The notes beneath the pieces are model-generated. The model made no database searches and was not told where the DNA came from. It saw only the letters and a program-made list of their open reading frames with translations. The translations under genes were made by a program, and so were the position numbers. A stretch of DNA of 64,000 nt from an uncultured delta proteobacterium. GTDB taxonomy: Bacteria > Desulfobacterota > RBG-13-43-22. The stretch covers positions 64,001 through 128,000 of the forward strand of contig CAWDKY010000027.1 of NCBI GenBank assembly GCA_963802945.1, in the 5' to 3' direction. This document shows, one piece after another, positions 29,881-40,371 of this stretch (positions are counted from its first letter, which is position 1; each line of letters begins with the position of its first letter).

Positions 29881-30975
29881 TTAAGTTTCCATTTGTTTTT
29901 TTAAGTATTCAATCACCTTTTGATCGGCTCTAGGAAAAGGGAAGCGGTCGAGCTCGTCCAGATATACCCAGCGATAATCCTTGACACCGATGGGAGTAAT
30001 TCGACCCTTCAGCTTGCGGCAGAAAAAGCAATGCAGGGTGATTCGAAAATGGGTGTAAGCATGGCGCACCTGGATAAAACGTTCTCCCACCTTGATTTCA
30101 ATATTCAATTCTTCCTTGATTTCCCGTTTTAAACAGTGCTTCAGGGATTCCTGAAGCTCTTTTTTCCCTCCGGGAAATTCCCATAGACCGCCCAATAGAC
30201 CCTTTTCCGGTCGCTGGGTTATAAGGATTTTTTTCTGGTTTTGTATTACCGCCGCCGTAACATCAAAATGGGGAATCCGTTTCCTGGGCTTTTTGACAGG
30301 AAGCGAAGCCTGCCGGCCTGAATGAAATCCCCGACATCCTTTTTTAAGGGGGCAGAGGGTACAATCCGGATCTTTCGGGCGGCAGAGCAAGGCCCCCAAT
30401 TCCATCAAGGCCTCATTGAACAGGCCGGCATTTCTCTGGGGAATGATGTGTTGGGAAATATTCCAGAGCTGATTAATAGTATCCGTTTTTTGAAGATCCT
30501 TGGTGATATAAAAAAAACGTATCAATACCCTGCGGATATTTCCATCCAAGACGGGAAAGGGTTGGCCGTAAGCCAGACTGAGGATAGCTCCGGCCGTTGA
30601 CCGGCCTATGCCGGGCAGTGTGAGGAGTTCTTGAAAATCGGCGGGAATCTTTCCTTTGAATCGACTGACCATGAGTTTGGCCGCTTGATGGAGATTTCCG
30701 GCCCGGCGATAATAGCCCATTCCCTCCCAGGCCTTAAGTACATCTTGGCTTGAAGCCTTGGCCAGGGATTTTATGGACGGGAACCGGTTTATGAATCGGC
30801 GAAAGTAAGGCTCGACTTGTTGAACCTGGGTCTGCTGAAGCATCATCTCCGAGATCCAGGTGGAATATGGGGTACGACGAATGCGCCAGGGCAGGTCCCT
30901 TTGATGTTTTTGAAACCAAGAAAGGAGTTTTTTTTGAGGAAAAGATTCCATGAGGGGAGGGAAGTGATTAATCAA
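29881..30975 (-). CDS. mutY: A/G-specific adenine glycosylase with C-terminal NUDIX-like domain
   Basis: RDLPWR, SEMMLQQTQV, WEGMGYYRRA, LPGIGRSTAGAI, Fe-S motif C..KDPDC..CPL...C, GLWEFPGGK. Confidence 0.96.
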   Translation of the reverse strand: MINHFPPLMESFPQKKLLSWFQKHQRDLPWRIRRTPYSTWISEMMLQQTQVQQVEPYFRRFINRFPSIKSLAKASSQDVLKAWEGMGYYRRAGNLHQAAKLMVSRFKGKIPADFQELLTLPGIGRSTAGAILSLAYGQPFPVLDGNIRRVLIRFFYITKDLQKTDTINQLWNISQHIIPQRNAGLFNEALMELGALLCRPKDPDCTLCPLKKGCRGFHSGRQASLPVKKPRKRIPHFDVTAAVIQNQKKILITQRPEKGLLGGLWEFPGGKKELQESLKHCLKREIKEELNIEIKVGERFIQVRHAYTHFRITLHCFFCRKLKGRITPIGVKDYRWVYLDELDRFPFPRADQKVIEYLKKQMET

Positions 30976-31104
30976 AGAACATTATCTTTTTTGAATCCAG
31001 AATCCAGGAGACAGAATTAAGCATAGAGATGAAGTAGTAAAAAGATTTTTGATTTTTTTCCGGCTTCGAACTTCTGTATTCTGCGCATTACAAATGGAAA
31101 ATAA

Positions 31105-32278
31105 CTATTCCTCGATGAGACTCCCGGGTTGAATGGCTTGATCTCCATATTTATCCTGAATCGTATCCAGGGCACGGTTGAGCCGGCCCCCCTTATTTGA
31201 ACCATCGGTTTGATTAAATAATAACAACTGACCTTCTCCGGGTTTGGTTAAATGGGAAAGATAAATTCCCAGGAGCCGGACAGGTCTCTTTTTGGTCTCA
31301 GTTTTTTCAAGGAGGTCCAGGGCAAGCCGGTAAATGGTTCTTCCATCATCCGTGGCTTCAGGCAGGGTCAGCGCCCTGGTGATCTGGGTAAAATCATGAT
31401 AAGTCACCTTAAGGGTAATAGTCCGGCCGACTTTGCCGTGCCTCCTTAACCGCTTGGCCACCCGTTGACTTAAAATCAAAATCTCTTTTTCGGCTTTTTC
31501 CTTTTCCCGAATGTCTTCCAAAAAAGTTTCTTCCCGTCCCAAAGATTTAATTGTTCTTTCCGGTTGAACCTCCCGGTCGTCGATCCCCTTGGAAAGAAAA
31601 TACAATTGAAGCCCCTGCTGGCCGAATCTCCGTGCGTAATAGATCTTTGGGCAGGCGGCTCAAATCTCCGATGGTTTTTACATTCAACAAGGCCAGGTCC
31701 TTTTGAGTCACCTTTCCAACCCCCCAGAGTTTTTCAATGGGCAGGGGATCCATAAATTCTCGAACTTTCCCTTCGGGTACAATGGTCAAGCCATCCGGTT
31801 TGTTTACATCAGAGGCAATCTTGGCCACTAATTTCGAAGGGGCGACGCCGGCTGAAATCGTCAGGCCGATATCTTCCCGAATCAGGTCTTTAATCTGTTT
31901 GGCGATCTCTTCCGCTGGCCCAAAAAGTTTTACAGAAGCGGTGACATCCAGAAAGGCCTCATCGATGGACAGAGGCTCCACCAGAGGGGTGAATCGAAGA
32001 AAGACCTCGAAGATCTGATCGGAGATCTCCTTGTAACGGGGCAGGCGCACCGGTAAAAAAACGCCCTGGGGACACAGGCGCATAGCAGCGGACATGGGCA
32101 GGGCCGAATGAATCCCGAATTTTCGCGCCTCATAGGAAGCAGCCGAGACCACGCCTCTATGTTTAGGGCCGCCGACAATAACCGGTTTGCCCCTGAAAGC
32201 CGGATTGTCCAGCATTTCTACCGAGGCATAAAAGGCATCCATGTCCAGATGGATGATCTGTTTAACGTGGGTTGCCAT
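31105..32278 (-). CDS. dinB: DNA polymerase IV, frameshift near 31635
   Basis: HLDMDAFYASVE, SYEARKFG, SIDEAFLD, KPDG; little-finger domain KSLGREETF...VRLLGI in ORF 31105..31605. Confidence 0.93.
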
Positions 32279-32416
32279 TAATAATAAAATAAAGTTCGAG
32301 AGAGTCGTAAACCCTTTTTTGAGTTCGGAGTTTATAAATTAGGAAGCTGAGGAAATAGTATTTTCTTTTGAACTCCTAACTCATTTCTCAAAACTAAACT
32401 GGCTCTGGGCTGATGT

Positions 32417-33070
32417 CTATTTTTTTTCACCAAGGGTTTGTAGTCTAAAATCTGAATTCCAAAACAGATCTTTTAGGGTCTTATCCAGGAGATTATTCAA
32501 AATTTCCTGGCTTTGGGAAGAGAAATTGTCTGGCGTAAAAGGTATCCGCACCTCCCGATGGCCGATTTTTTTACTCCAGATAATATCTCCGGAAGGAGGC
32601 CGTACCAGGTAAGCTTCTATTTCCACCTCGGCGATAAATCGGGCCTTTTGCTGAACGAAAAAGTGAGAAATAGCCCCTCCGACAAGAAAATCCGTTTGAA
32701 TGTGGGGGACTCTTTTGAGCAAGGTTTTGATATCCTGTTTGTTGATTTGAATGGTATAGATTTCGTCGGAGCTGAGTTGATAGCCGTATGACGCCATCTC
32801 TTTTTTCACTCCCTGGGTGACGATATAGGACAGACTGGTTGGGCTAAATAACCTCGTTCCGTAAAGGGGGGCCTGTCCTATCCAGTAAGGATTTTCCTGG
32901 CCGTTCCAAGTGACGTTCTCAAAGGGTATGACCGCTAACTTGACTTGGCCTGTTGCGGACGGGGGAGTTTTGCTTGGCGAATATTGCAAGTCCAGGGTCT
33001 TGGTAGTTACACAGCCCCAAAAAAACAAAGGGAAGACGCCTATAAGGATAATCCTGAAACAATTCCTCAT
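32417..33070 (-). CDS. Putative lipoprotein
   Basis: Hydrophobic signal peptide ending in lipobox FWGC. Confidence 0.75.
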   Translation of the reverse strand: MRNCFRIILIGVFPLFFWGCVTTKTLDLQYSPSKTPPSATGQVKLAVIPFENVTWNGQENPYWIGQAPLYGTRLFSPTSLSYIVTQGVKKEMASYGYQLSSDEIYTIQINKQDIKTLLKRVPHIQTDFLVGGAISHFFVQQKARFIAEVEIEAYLVRPPSGDIIWSKKIGHREVRIPFTPDNFSSQSQEILNNLLDKTLKDLFWNSDFRLQTLGEKK

Positions 33071-33156
33071 TTAGACCTCCTTGTCCTGACCTAATTTTTA
33101 TTAAGTTTAAGTTATTCATTTTTTTTTTGCAATACTATTTAATATAACTTAAGATA

Positions 33157-33185
33157 TTGACAAGGTTTGGTCTTTCGTCTATGTT
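33157..33185 (+). promoter_or_regulatory. Sigma70 promoter upstream of dapA
   Basis: TTGACA-N17-TATGTT. Confidence 0.5.
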
Positions 33186-33304
33186 TTAATCAAGGTGAAA
33201 AAAGGGCCGTGGCTGGTGACCCCACCATGTGTCTTATGACTATCCCAAGTATTCCATATTGTTATCGTGATCCTTGATTCCATTATCCATTTAGGAGGTT
33301 TCTC

Positions 33305-34210
33305 ATGGCGATAAAAGATTTTTCCGGGTGCCATATTCCGTTGGTCACCCCATTTAAAGACGATTTCTCTTTAGATGAAGACGGCCTTCGCCGCCTGATC
33401 AATTACCTGATTGAAGAAGAAAAGGTTAATGGCTTGGTCCCTTGTGGAACCACCGGCGAATCCCCAACCCTTAACCACGATGAGCACAATAAGGTCATTG
33501 AAATTACCGTCAAAGAAGCTCGGGGCAGGGTTCCGGTGATTGCCGGGACCGGTTCCAACAGTACACAGGAAGCCATTATGATGACCCAACATGCCGAAGA
33601 GGTCGGGGCCGATGCTACCTTGCAGGTGGGACCTTATTATAATAAGCCGACTATGGATGGAATGCTGGCCCATTTTGAAGCCATTGCCAAAAAGACCAAG
33701 CTGCCTATCCTTATCTATAACATCCCGGGGCGAACGGGGCGGAACATTGATCCTCAAACCCTGATCAAACTTTCGGAAATAGATAATATTGTCGGGCTTA
33801 AAGATGCCTGCGGAGACCTAGCCCAGACCATGGAAGTTATCGCCGGAATCAAAAGGAAGGGGAAGACTTTTTTTGTCCTTTCCGGGGAGGATTCTTTGAC
33901 CTATCCCTTAATGGCCCTGGGAGGAGACGGGGTTATCTGTGCCGTAGGTAATGTCATCGGCCGGGAATATACTTTGCTGTGCAAGCTGATGAAAGAAGGC
34001 AAGTGGCTCGAGGCCAGGGAGATTCACTATAAAACCCTCCCTCTGGTCAATACGCTATTTATTGAAACCAATCCTGTTCCGGTGAAAGAAGCCCTGCAGA
34101 TGATGGGGCTTCCGGCAGGACCGCTGCGACTCCCTCTGGTTCCCCTGCGCCCGGCCAATAGGGAACGGCTACGAAAAGAACTCATTGCCGTTGGACGGTT
34201 AAAAAAATAG
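33305..34210 (+). CDS. dapA: 4-hydroxy-tetrahydrodipicolinate synthase
   Basis: GTTGES, GTGSNST, PYYNKP, YNIPGRTG, LKDA, ETNPVPVK. Confidence 0.97.
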   Translation: MAIKDFSGCHIPLVTPFKDDFSLDEDGLRRLINYLIEEEKVNGLVPCGTTGESPTLNHDEHNKVIEITVKEARGRVPVIAGTGSNSTQEAIMMTQHAEEVGADATLQVGPYYNKPTMDGMLAHFEAIAKKTKLPILIYNIPGRTGRNIDPQTLIKLSEIDNIVGLKDACGDLAQTMEVIAGIKRKGKTFFVLSGEDSLTYPLMALGGDGVICAVGNVIGREYTLLCKLMKEGKWLEAREIHYKTLPLVNTLFIETNPVPVKEALQMMGLPAGPLRLPLVPLRPANRERLRKELIAVGRLKK

Positions 34211-34395
34211 GCAATAGCTATAAAGTTCAAGGTTGGCTGAATGGGGACCAAGAAAAACCTTGAACCGTAGTCCTTACACCCTCAATATGGTGTGTAACCA
34301 AATCCTTTAAACATCCTGCCTGCTATCTCGAAAATCTCCAATGGCCGAGAGAGAAGGTTGGAAATAGATATTAAATCGGGAGAATAAAGAGGCTT

Positions 34396-35319
34396 ATGGA
34401 AAAAGAAAAAAAAATCTGGTTTGACGGGAAATTTGTTCCCTGGGAAAAAGCTCAAGTTCATATCCTGACCCACACCCTTCATTACGGTCTGGGGGTCTTT
34501 GAAGGCATTCGCTGTTATCAGTGTACAGACGGACGATCGGCTATCTTCAGGCTTCAGGAACACGTGAAAAGGCTTTTCAACTCGGCCCATGCCATGGAAA
34601 TCACTATTCCGTTCTCTCAAAAAGAAGTTGAGGAGGCTTGTTGCCGGATTTTGAAAGTTAATGGGATGAAGGATGGGTATATCCGGCCCTTGGTTTTTAT
34701 AGGGGAAGGGGTTATGGGGGTCCATCCCAAGGATAACCCGATAAGGTTATCGATCATCGCCTGGAAATGGGGGGCTTACCTTGGAGACGAAGGGCTTCAA
34801 AAAGGGATCCGGGTCAAGGTGTCTTCCTATACCCGGCATCATGTTAATGTCATGATGACTAAAACCAAAACCTGCGGGAATTATGTCAATTCCATCCTGG
34901 CCAAAAGAGAGGTGACTCGGGATGGGTATGACGAAGCGATCATGCTGGATACCGAGGGATATGTTTCCGAAGCCAGCGGAGAAAATATTTTTCTGATCAA
35001 AAAGGGGCATATCCAAACCCCACCACTGACCTCGGTCCTGCCCGGGATTACCCGCGATTCAGTTCTGACCATCGCCCGGGATCAGGGTGTGAAGGTGATC
35101 GAAGAACGATTCACCCGGGATGAATTATATCAGGCTGACGAGGCCTTCTTTTCCGGCACTGCAGCCGAGATCACTCCCATTCGGGAAGTGGACAATCGCC
35201 GAATCGGCAAGGGCCGTCGAGGACCTGTTACCAAAAAAATACAAGATACTTTTTTCAAGGCGGTTAAAGGGGAAGATGACCGTTACCGGTCCTGGTTAAC
35301 CTACCTGAATCGATCTTAA
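34396..35319 (+). CDS. ilvE: Branched-chain amino acid aminotransferase
   Basis: LHYGLGVFEG, YIRP, KTCGNY, SEASGENIF, LPGITR, GTAAEITPI. Confidence 0.97.
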   Translation: MEKEKKIWFDGKFVPWEKAQVHILTHTLHYGLGVFEGIRCYQCTDGRSAIFRLQEHVKRLFNSAHAMEITIPFSQKEVEEACCRILKVNGMKDGYIRPLVFIGEGVMGVHPKDNPIRLSIIAWKWGAYLGDEGLQKGIRVKVSSYTRHHVNVMMTKTKTCGNYVNSILAKREVTRDGYDEAIMLDTEGYVSEASGENIFLIKKGHIQTPPLTSVLPGITRDSVLTIARDQGVKVIEERFTRDELYQADEAFFSGTAAEITPIREVDNRRIGKGRRGPVTKKIQDTFFKAVKGEDDRYRSWLTYLNRS

Positions 35320-35489
35320 AGGATTTAAAGGAAGCCACAGACCGGTTTAATTCGGAGTAATTAGTTCGGAGTGTGGAGCAAAATCATATTACTCCGAACT
35401 CTGAACTCTAAGCTTGAGTTACAACACCCTCGAATCTTTGAATCCTAAAAGCTCCGGATCCTTATATTAAATAAAACGAGATTACCTCA

Positions 35490-36881
35490 ATGGATAGTGC
35501 GGTCAAACGAACCGTCTTAATTATCGCTTGTCTGAGTGCCTTTATCGTTCCTTTTATCGGCTCGTCGGTCAATATTGCCCTTCCGACAATCGAAAAAGAA
35601 TTTAAAATAGATGCAGTTACCTTGGGTTGGGTCCCCACCTCCTATCTTCTGGCCTCGGCCATGTTTCTTCTACCCTTCGGCCGGATTGCAGATATTTACG
35701 GCAGAAAGAAGATCTTTTTGGCAGGTACCGTCATATACACCCTCGGTTCTCTGTTCTCCGCCCTCTCCCTCTCCGCCCTGATGCTGATTGCCTGCTGTGT
35801 GATCCAAGGGATCGGCAGTGCCATGACCTTCGGAACCTCCATGGCCATTCTGACCTCTGTATTTCCCATTGAGGAACGAGGAAGGGCCATCGGAATAACC
35901 ACGGCCTCGGTTTACTCCGGTCTTTCTCTTGGACCTTTCCTGGGTGGCTTTTTAACTCAGCATTTAGGCTGGCGAAGCGTTTTTTATTTTAATATTCCCT
36001 TTGGGTTGATGGTCATCGTTCTCGTTTTATGGCAGCTCAAAGGAGAATGGGCTGAAGCCAGAGGCGAGCGTGTTGATTTGCCAGGATCCATCGTCTATGC
36101 CTTAACGCTTCTTCTGGTCATGTATGGTTTATCTCTCCTGCCCGCAGGATCAGGGATCGGATTGATCGGAGTTGGCGGAATAGGTGTCATTGGTTTTTTC
36201 TTTTTTGAAGCCCGCAACGGCAGCCCTATCTTGAATATTCAGATTTTCAGACACAACCCGGTGTTTACCTTCTCCAACCTGGCGGCCTTCATCCACTACA
36301 GCGCAACCTATGCCGTCACTTTTTTGATGAGCCTCTATCTGCAATATATCAAGGGGCTCAACGCTCAAAGTGCCGGGATGATTTTAATATCCCAACCCCT
36401 AATGATGGCCGCCTTTTCCCCCCTGGCCGGGCGGCTTTCAGACCGGATCGAGCCAAAGGTGATCGCTTCCCTCGGCATGGCCTGTACCTGTGCAGCTATA
36501 TTCCTGCTTTCGTTCATTGAAAATAAGACCGGCTTGCCTTATATTATTTTCACCCTCCTTTCCCTTGGTTTCGGTTTCGCCCTTTTCTCTTCGCCCAACA
36601 CGAATGCGGTCATGAGTTCGGTAAAAAAGCACGATTACGGGGTGGCCTCCGGAACTATAGGGACCATGCGACTGATCGGTCAAATGTTCAGCATGGGTAT
36701 GGCCATGATGATATTTTCCATGGTCATCGGAAAAGTCAGCATCACACCTTTTCTATATCCCCTTTTCCTTAGAAGTATGAAAATTGCTTTAGTCATCAAT
36801 GGATCGCTTTGTTTTCTCGGCATATTTTTGTCTTTGGCCAGAGGCAAGATTCAGCATCAGGATTTGGATAATCCATCCTGA
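35490..36881 (+). CDS. MFS transporter (EmrB/QacA-like)
   Basis: SSVNIALP, FGRIADIYGRKK motif A, ERGRAIG, about 14 TM helices. Confidence 0.93.
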   Translation: MDSAVKRTVLIIACLSAFIVPFIGSSVNIALPTIEKEFKIDAVTLGWVPTSYLLASAMFLLPFGRIADIYGRKKIFLAGTVIYTLGSLFSALSLSALMLIACCVIQGIGSAMTFGTSMAILTSVFPIEERGRAIGITTASVYSGLSLGPFLGGFLTQHLGWRSVFYFNIPFGLMVIVLVLWQLKGEWAEARGERVDLPGSIVYALTLLLVMYGLSLLPAGSGIGLIGVGGIGVIGFFFFEARNGSPILNIQIFRHNPVFTFSNLAAFIHYSATYAVTFLMSLYLQYIKGLNAQSAGMILISQPLMMAAFSPLAGRLSDRIEPKVIASLGMACTCAAIFLLSFIENKTGLPYIIFTLLSLGFGFALFSSPNTNAVMSSVKKHDYGVASGTIGTMRLIGQMFSMGMAMMIFSMVIGKVSITPFLYPLFLRSMKIALVINGSLCFLGIFLSLARGKIQHQDLDNPS

Positions 36882-37175
36882 AGTCCATCGACCTCGCCCT
36901 GGCAATACCACCCGGAAGAAGAGGTATCTGACTGATGAAACGTCCTTTTTCGACCTGAAGGTTGAGACCCCTTTGTCATCTTCAACGGATAAACACCGGC
37001 CCAGTAAGGGTGAGGTATGTATATCTAATTGAAAATAGTATGTATTTTATGTCATTCGATCAGAGAATAAGAAGACCGTCGCCTGTCCTTAAAAACCCAT
37101 CTGAAAAAAATCAACCAAAATCCTTTTGATTAAAAGGAGTTAGGAGTTAGCACTCTCTGCCTTTTATTTTTTTCC

Positions 37176-37227
37176 TTGACATACCATATATTGTATCTTA
37201 CCCTTTCCGACATACAAGATAAAGGAT
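37176..37227 (+). promoter_or_regulatory. nrdD promoter with tandem NrdR boxes
   Basis: TTGACA followed by ATACCATATATTGTAT (37181) and a weaker ATACAAGATAAAGGAT (37212), 31 bp apart. Confidence 0.7.
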
Positions 37228-37249
37228 CATAAAGGGAGGGGCAGAGATC

Positions 37250-39406
37250 ATGGGGAGTATTGTTGAGTTTCATCAGAACCAGAGTGCAGTGGAAGTCCAC
37301 GAAACCACAGATCTAGCCCTTTTTGTTCGAACTTCTAATGAAGACTTGGTCACCTGGAACCGTCAAAGGATCATTGATGCCCTGGTTCGTGAAACTTTTG
37401 TAGACCCAGATACCGCTGAGGCCATCAGCAAAGAAGTGGAGGAGTTCATCTTTTCCACCAAGATCTCCATGGTCACTGCGCCTTTAATCCGGGAACTGGT
37501 AGACTCCAAACTGATTGAACGCGGTTTGGAGAAGGCCAGGATAATGCATACCCGTCTGGGGGTGCCTCTTTATGATGTGGACCAGATGATCGTCCATCCC
37601 AACAAAGAAAATGCCAACGTACCCCACGGGCCGGAGGCCACCAACTTGACCCTGGCCGAAGGAATCAAAAAGGAATACGCCCTACTTAGTGTTTTCTCTC
37701 CACAGGTCGGTGATGCACACATGAGAGGGGATATCCATCTCCACGATCTGGGTTTTATTGACCGGCCCTACTGCTCCGGACAATCACTGGAATACATTAA
37801 AAAATTTGGCTTAAATATGCCCAATGCCCTGTCTATGGCCAAACCGGCCAAACACCCAGAGGTCTTGCTGGCCCATATGGTCAAGTTTGCAGCGGCCCTT
37901 CAAAGCCATTTTGCCGGGGCTATCGGCTGGGATGCGGTCAATCTCTTTTTCGCCCCTTATCTGGAAGGCTTGTCGGACCGGGAGATCAAACAACTGGCCC
38001 AGATGATGATATTTGAGTTCTCTCAACAGGCCGTGGCCAGGGGAGGGCAAGCCATTTTTACAGACATCAATCTTTACTGGGAAGTCCCACAACATTTTGA
38101 AGGGGTGCAGGCCATCGGCCCTGGCGGGGAATATACGGGTAAAACCTATCTGGATTATTTGCCCTTGGCCCAAAAATTTGTCTGGCTTTTATTTGAAGTC
38201 TACAAAGAGGGGGATGGGGCCGACCGACCCTTCTTTTTCCCCAAACCCTTGGTTCACATAACTGAGAAATTTTTCAGGACCCCCGGCCACCAAGAATTTT
38301 TAGATCATATCTGCGAAGTGGCCAGCCTGAAAGGGAACACCTATTTTGTTTTTGATCGGGGGCAGACTGCCAAGATTTCCGAATGTTGCCGCTTAAGCTT
38401 TAAACTCGAGGCTCAGGATTTACTTGACGCCCATGAGCCTTGGAAAATGCGTTATTGTGCCCTGCAAAATGTGACTATCAATTTCCCTCGTCTGGCTTAC
38501 CAGGCCGAGGGAAATGATAGCGCCCTTTTTTCCAAATTAGCGGAAAGTGTGGAGCTGGCCGTGGAAGCCCATTTGCAGAAAAGTGCCTTTATCCTCAAAC
38601 TTCTCTCCCTCGGAGAAAAGGGCCCATTGTCTTTACTGACCATGGACCGGGATGGTTCGCCCTATTTGCGCCTGGAGCGGGCAACTTATTTGATCGGTAT
38701 GGTGGGATTAAATGAGCTGGTTCAGTATCATACAGGAGAAGAACTCCATCAATCTCAAAAAGCAACAAAATTCGGACTCAAGGTTATTGCCTATATGAAA
38801 CTTTTAGCCGACCGGTTCGGCCAAAAATACGGCATGCGTTTTGTCCTGGAACAGACTCCGGCTGAAAGCACGGCTTATCGTTTCGCCAAACTGGATCTTC
38901 AAAAATATCCAGAGCAGGCGGAAAAGGTAGTTAAGGGAAATAAGGCCCACGGAGAAGTCTATTATACCAATTCAACCCTTTTTAATGTTTCGATTCCAAT
39001 GAACCCGGCTGATCGGGTTCATCAGGAAGGTCTGTTCCATCCTTTAATTGAAGCTGGAGCCCTGACCCACATCTGGATCGGGGAATCCAAGCCCCACAAG
39101 GAATCTTTGACTAATTTTATTATTAAGACCTTCAAGCTGACCAAAAACGACCAGATCGCCTTTTCCCCGGAATTTACCACCTGCCGGGCCTGTGGTCAGA
39201 CCTCACGTGGTTTGTTGGAAAAATGTCCTTATTGTAAGTCCGCTGATGTCGATGGGATCACCCGTATCACCGGATATTTCACCAAAATCTCCAGTTGGAA
39301 TAAAGGAAAAATCGGTGAACTCAGAGACCGCTATCGAAACAGTTCATATTTCCCAGGACCAGGAGCAGACGCTTCGATCAAGGAAAAATCAACCAGCGAG
39401 ATTTGA
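37250..39406 (+). CDS. nrdD: Anaerobic (class III) ribonucleoside-triphosphate reductase with ATP cone
   Basis: KENAN, IHLHDL, SECCRL, EQTPAEST, YYTNS, Zn ribbon, RITGYF glycyl-radical motif. Confidence 0.97.
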   Translation: MGSIVEFHQNQSAVEVHETTDLALFVRTSNEDLVTWNRQRIIDALVRETFVDPDTAEAISKEVEEFIFSTKISMVTAPLIRELVDSKLIERGLEKARIMHTRLGVPLYDVDQMIVHPNKENANVPHGPEATNLTLAEGIKKEYALLSVFSPQVGDAHMRGDIHLHDLGFIDRPYCSGQSLEYIKKFGLNMPNALSMAKPAKHPEVLLAHMVKFAAALQSHFAGAIGWDAVNLFFAPYLEGLSDREIKQLAQMMIFEFSQQAVARGGQAIFTDINLYWEVPQHFEGVQAIGPGGEYTGKTYLDYLPLAQKFVWLLFEVYKEGDGADRPFFFPKPLVHITEKFFRTPGHQEFLDHICEVASLKGNTYFVFDRGQTAKISECCRLSFKLEAQDLLDAHEPWKMRYCALQNVTINFPRLAYQAEGNDSALFSKLAESVELAVEAHLQKSAFILKLLSLGEKGPLSLLTMDRDGSPYLRLERATYLIGMVGLNELVQYHTGEELHQSQKATKFGLKVIAYMKLLADRFGQKYGMRFVLEQTPAESTAYRFAKLDLQKYPEQAEKVVKGNKAHGEVYYTNSTLFNVSIPMNPADRVHQEGLFHPLIEAGALTHIWIGESKPHKESLTNFIIKTFKLTKNDQIAFSPEFTTCRACGQTSRGLLEKCPYCKSADVDGITRITGYFTKISSWNKGKIGELRDRYRNSSYFPGPGADASIKEKSTSEI

Positions 39407-39515
39407 AATTCTGAAATCCAGGAGCCCTTATCCCAGGTAACCCAGGCGCAATGGATGCATCCTGATGCATTTAACCAATAAAATGGAAAAATTTCACATT
39501 TAGGGGAGGTTAGCC

Positions 39516-39764
39516 ATGACTTTGTTTACCAAAGCGGATTGTCAGAAATGTCATTACATCAAAGACCATTTTAATCTTCCTTCCCTTGGAATTCAGGAGG
39601 AGGTCCTGGGAGAAGATAATCCCGAGGCCCTGGCCCATTTGGCCTGGCACGAGTTGATCGAAACGGCCCAAAAAGAATTACCTATCTTAATCCTGGATGA
39701 TAGCACGGCCGTTATTGGGGCCATTCCAATAAGAAGATATTTAAGCCATCAATATGGAAATTAA
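39516..39764 (+). CDS. Glutaredoxin/NrdH-like redoxin
   Basis: LFTKADCQKC CxxC and LPILIL cis-Pro loop; lies between nrdD and nrdG. Confidence 0.8.
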   Translation: MTLFTKADCQKCHYIKDHFNLPSLGIQEEVLGEDNPEALAHLAWHELIETAQKELPILILDDSTAVIGAIPIRRYLSHQYGN

Positions 39765-40371
39765 AGGTTTTATTGAAACCTCTTTTCTGGATTGGCCGGG
39801 GAAAATTTGTGCTGTCCTTTTCCTCCCTTCATGCAATCTGCGCTGTCCTTATTGTCATAACCAGGAGCTGGTTCTTCATCCGGAACGGTTATCCAACTAT
39901 CCCTGGGGATATGTCCAGCAAAGGCTAACGGCCTTACGAAGCTGGTTGGACGGGGTCTGCATCACCGGAGGCGAACCGACCCTCCATGCCGATTTGCCAG
40001 AACTGCTGGATCGGATCCATCATTTGGGATTGGGCATTAAATTAGATACCAATGGGACCCGTCCGGAGATGCTGGAATTTTTGATTTCCCAAAAATTGCT
40101 TGATTATCTGGCCATGGATATCAAAGGCCCATTAGATCAGGAATCCTACGGACGGTGTGCCGGTGTTCGGATTTCAATTCCCGAGATTAAAAAATCTATG
40201 GATTTCATTTTTTCCGGCCGGGTAGCTGGAGAATTCAGAACCACGGTCGTGCCCCAGTGGCATACCCCGCCGGTCCTGGCCCAAATGGCCCTGGAATTAA
40301 AACAGGCCCCGAAATGGACCCATCAGGAATTTAATCCGGCCCAGACGTTAAACCCCACTTTTTCTAATTAA
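39754..40371 (+). CDS. nrdG: Class III RNR activating radical SAM enzyme
   Basis: [37 protein letters not shown]. Confidence 0.94.
   Translation: MEIKGFIETSFLDWPGKICAVLFLPSCNLRCPYCHNQELVLHPERLSNYPWGYVQQRLTALRSWLDGVCITGGEPTLHADLPELLDRIHHLGLGIKLDTNGTRPEMLEFLISQKLLDYLAMDIKGPLDQESYGRCAGVRISIPEIKKSMDFIFSGRVAGEFRTTVVPQWHTPPVLAQMALELKQAPKWTHQEFNPAQTLNPTFSN

Noticed and set aside
36931-36965. Hammerhead ribozyme (CTGATGA)
   Set aside because: No stem II followed by GAAA and no matching cleavage triplet.
37147-37175. CIRCE (HrcA) operator
   Set aside because: Only the left half TTAGCACTC is present; there is no GAGTGCTAA 9 nt downstream.
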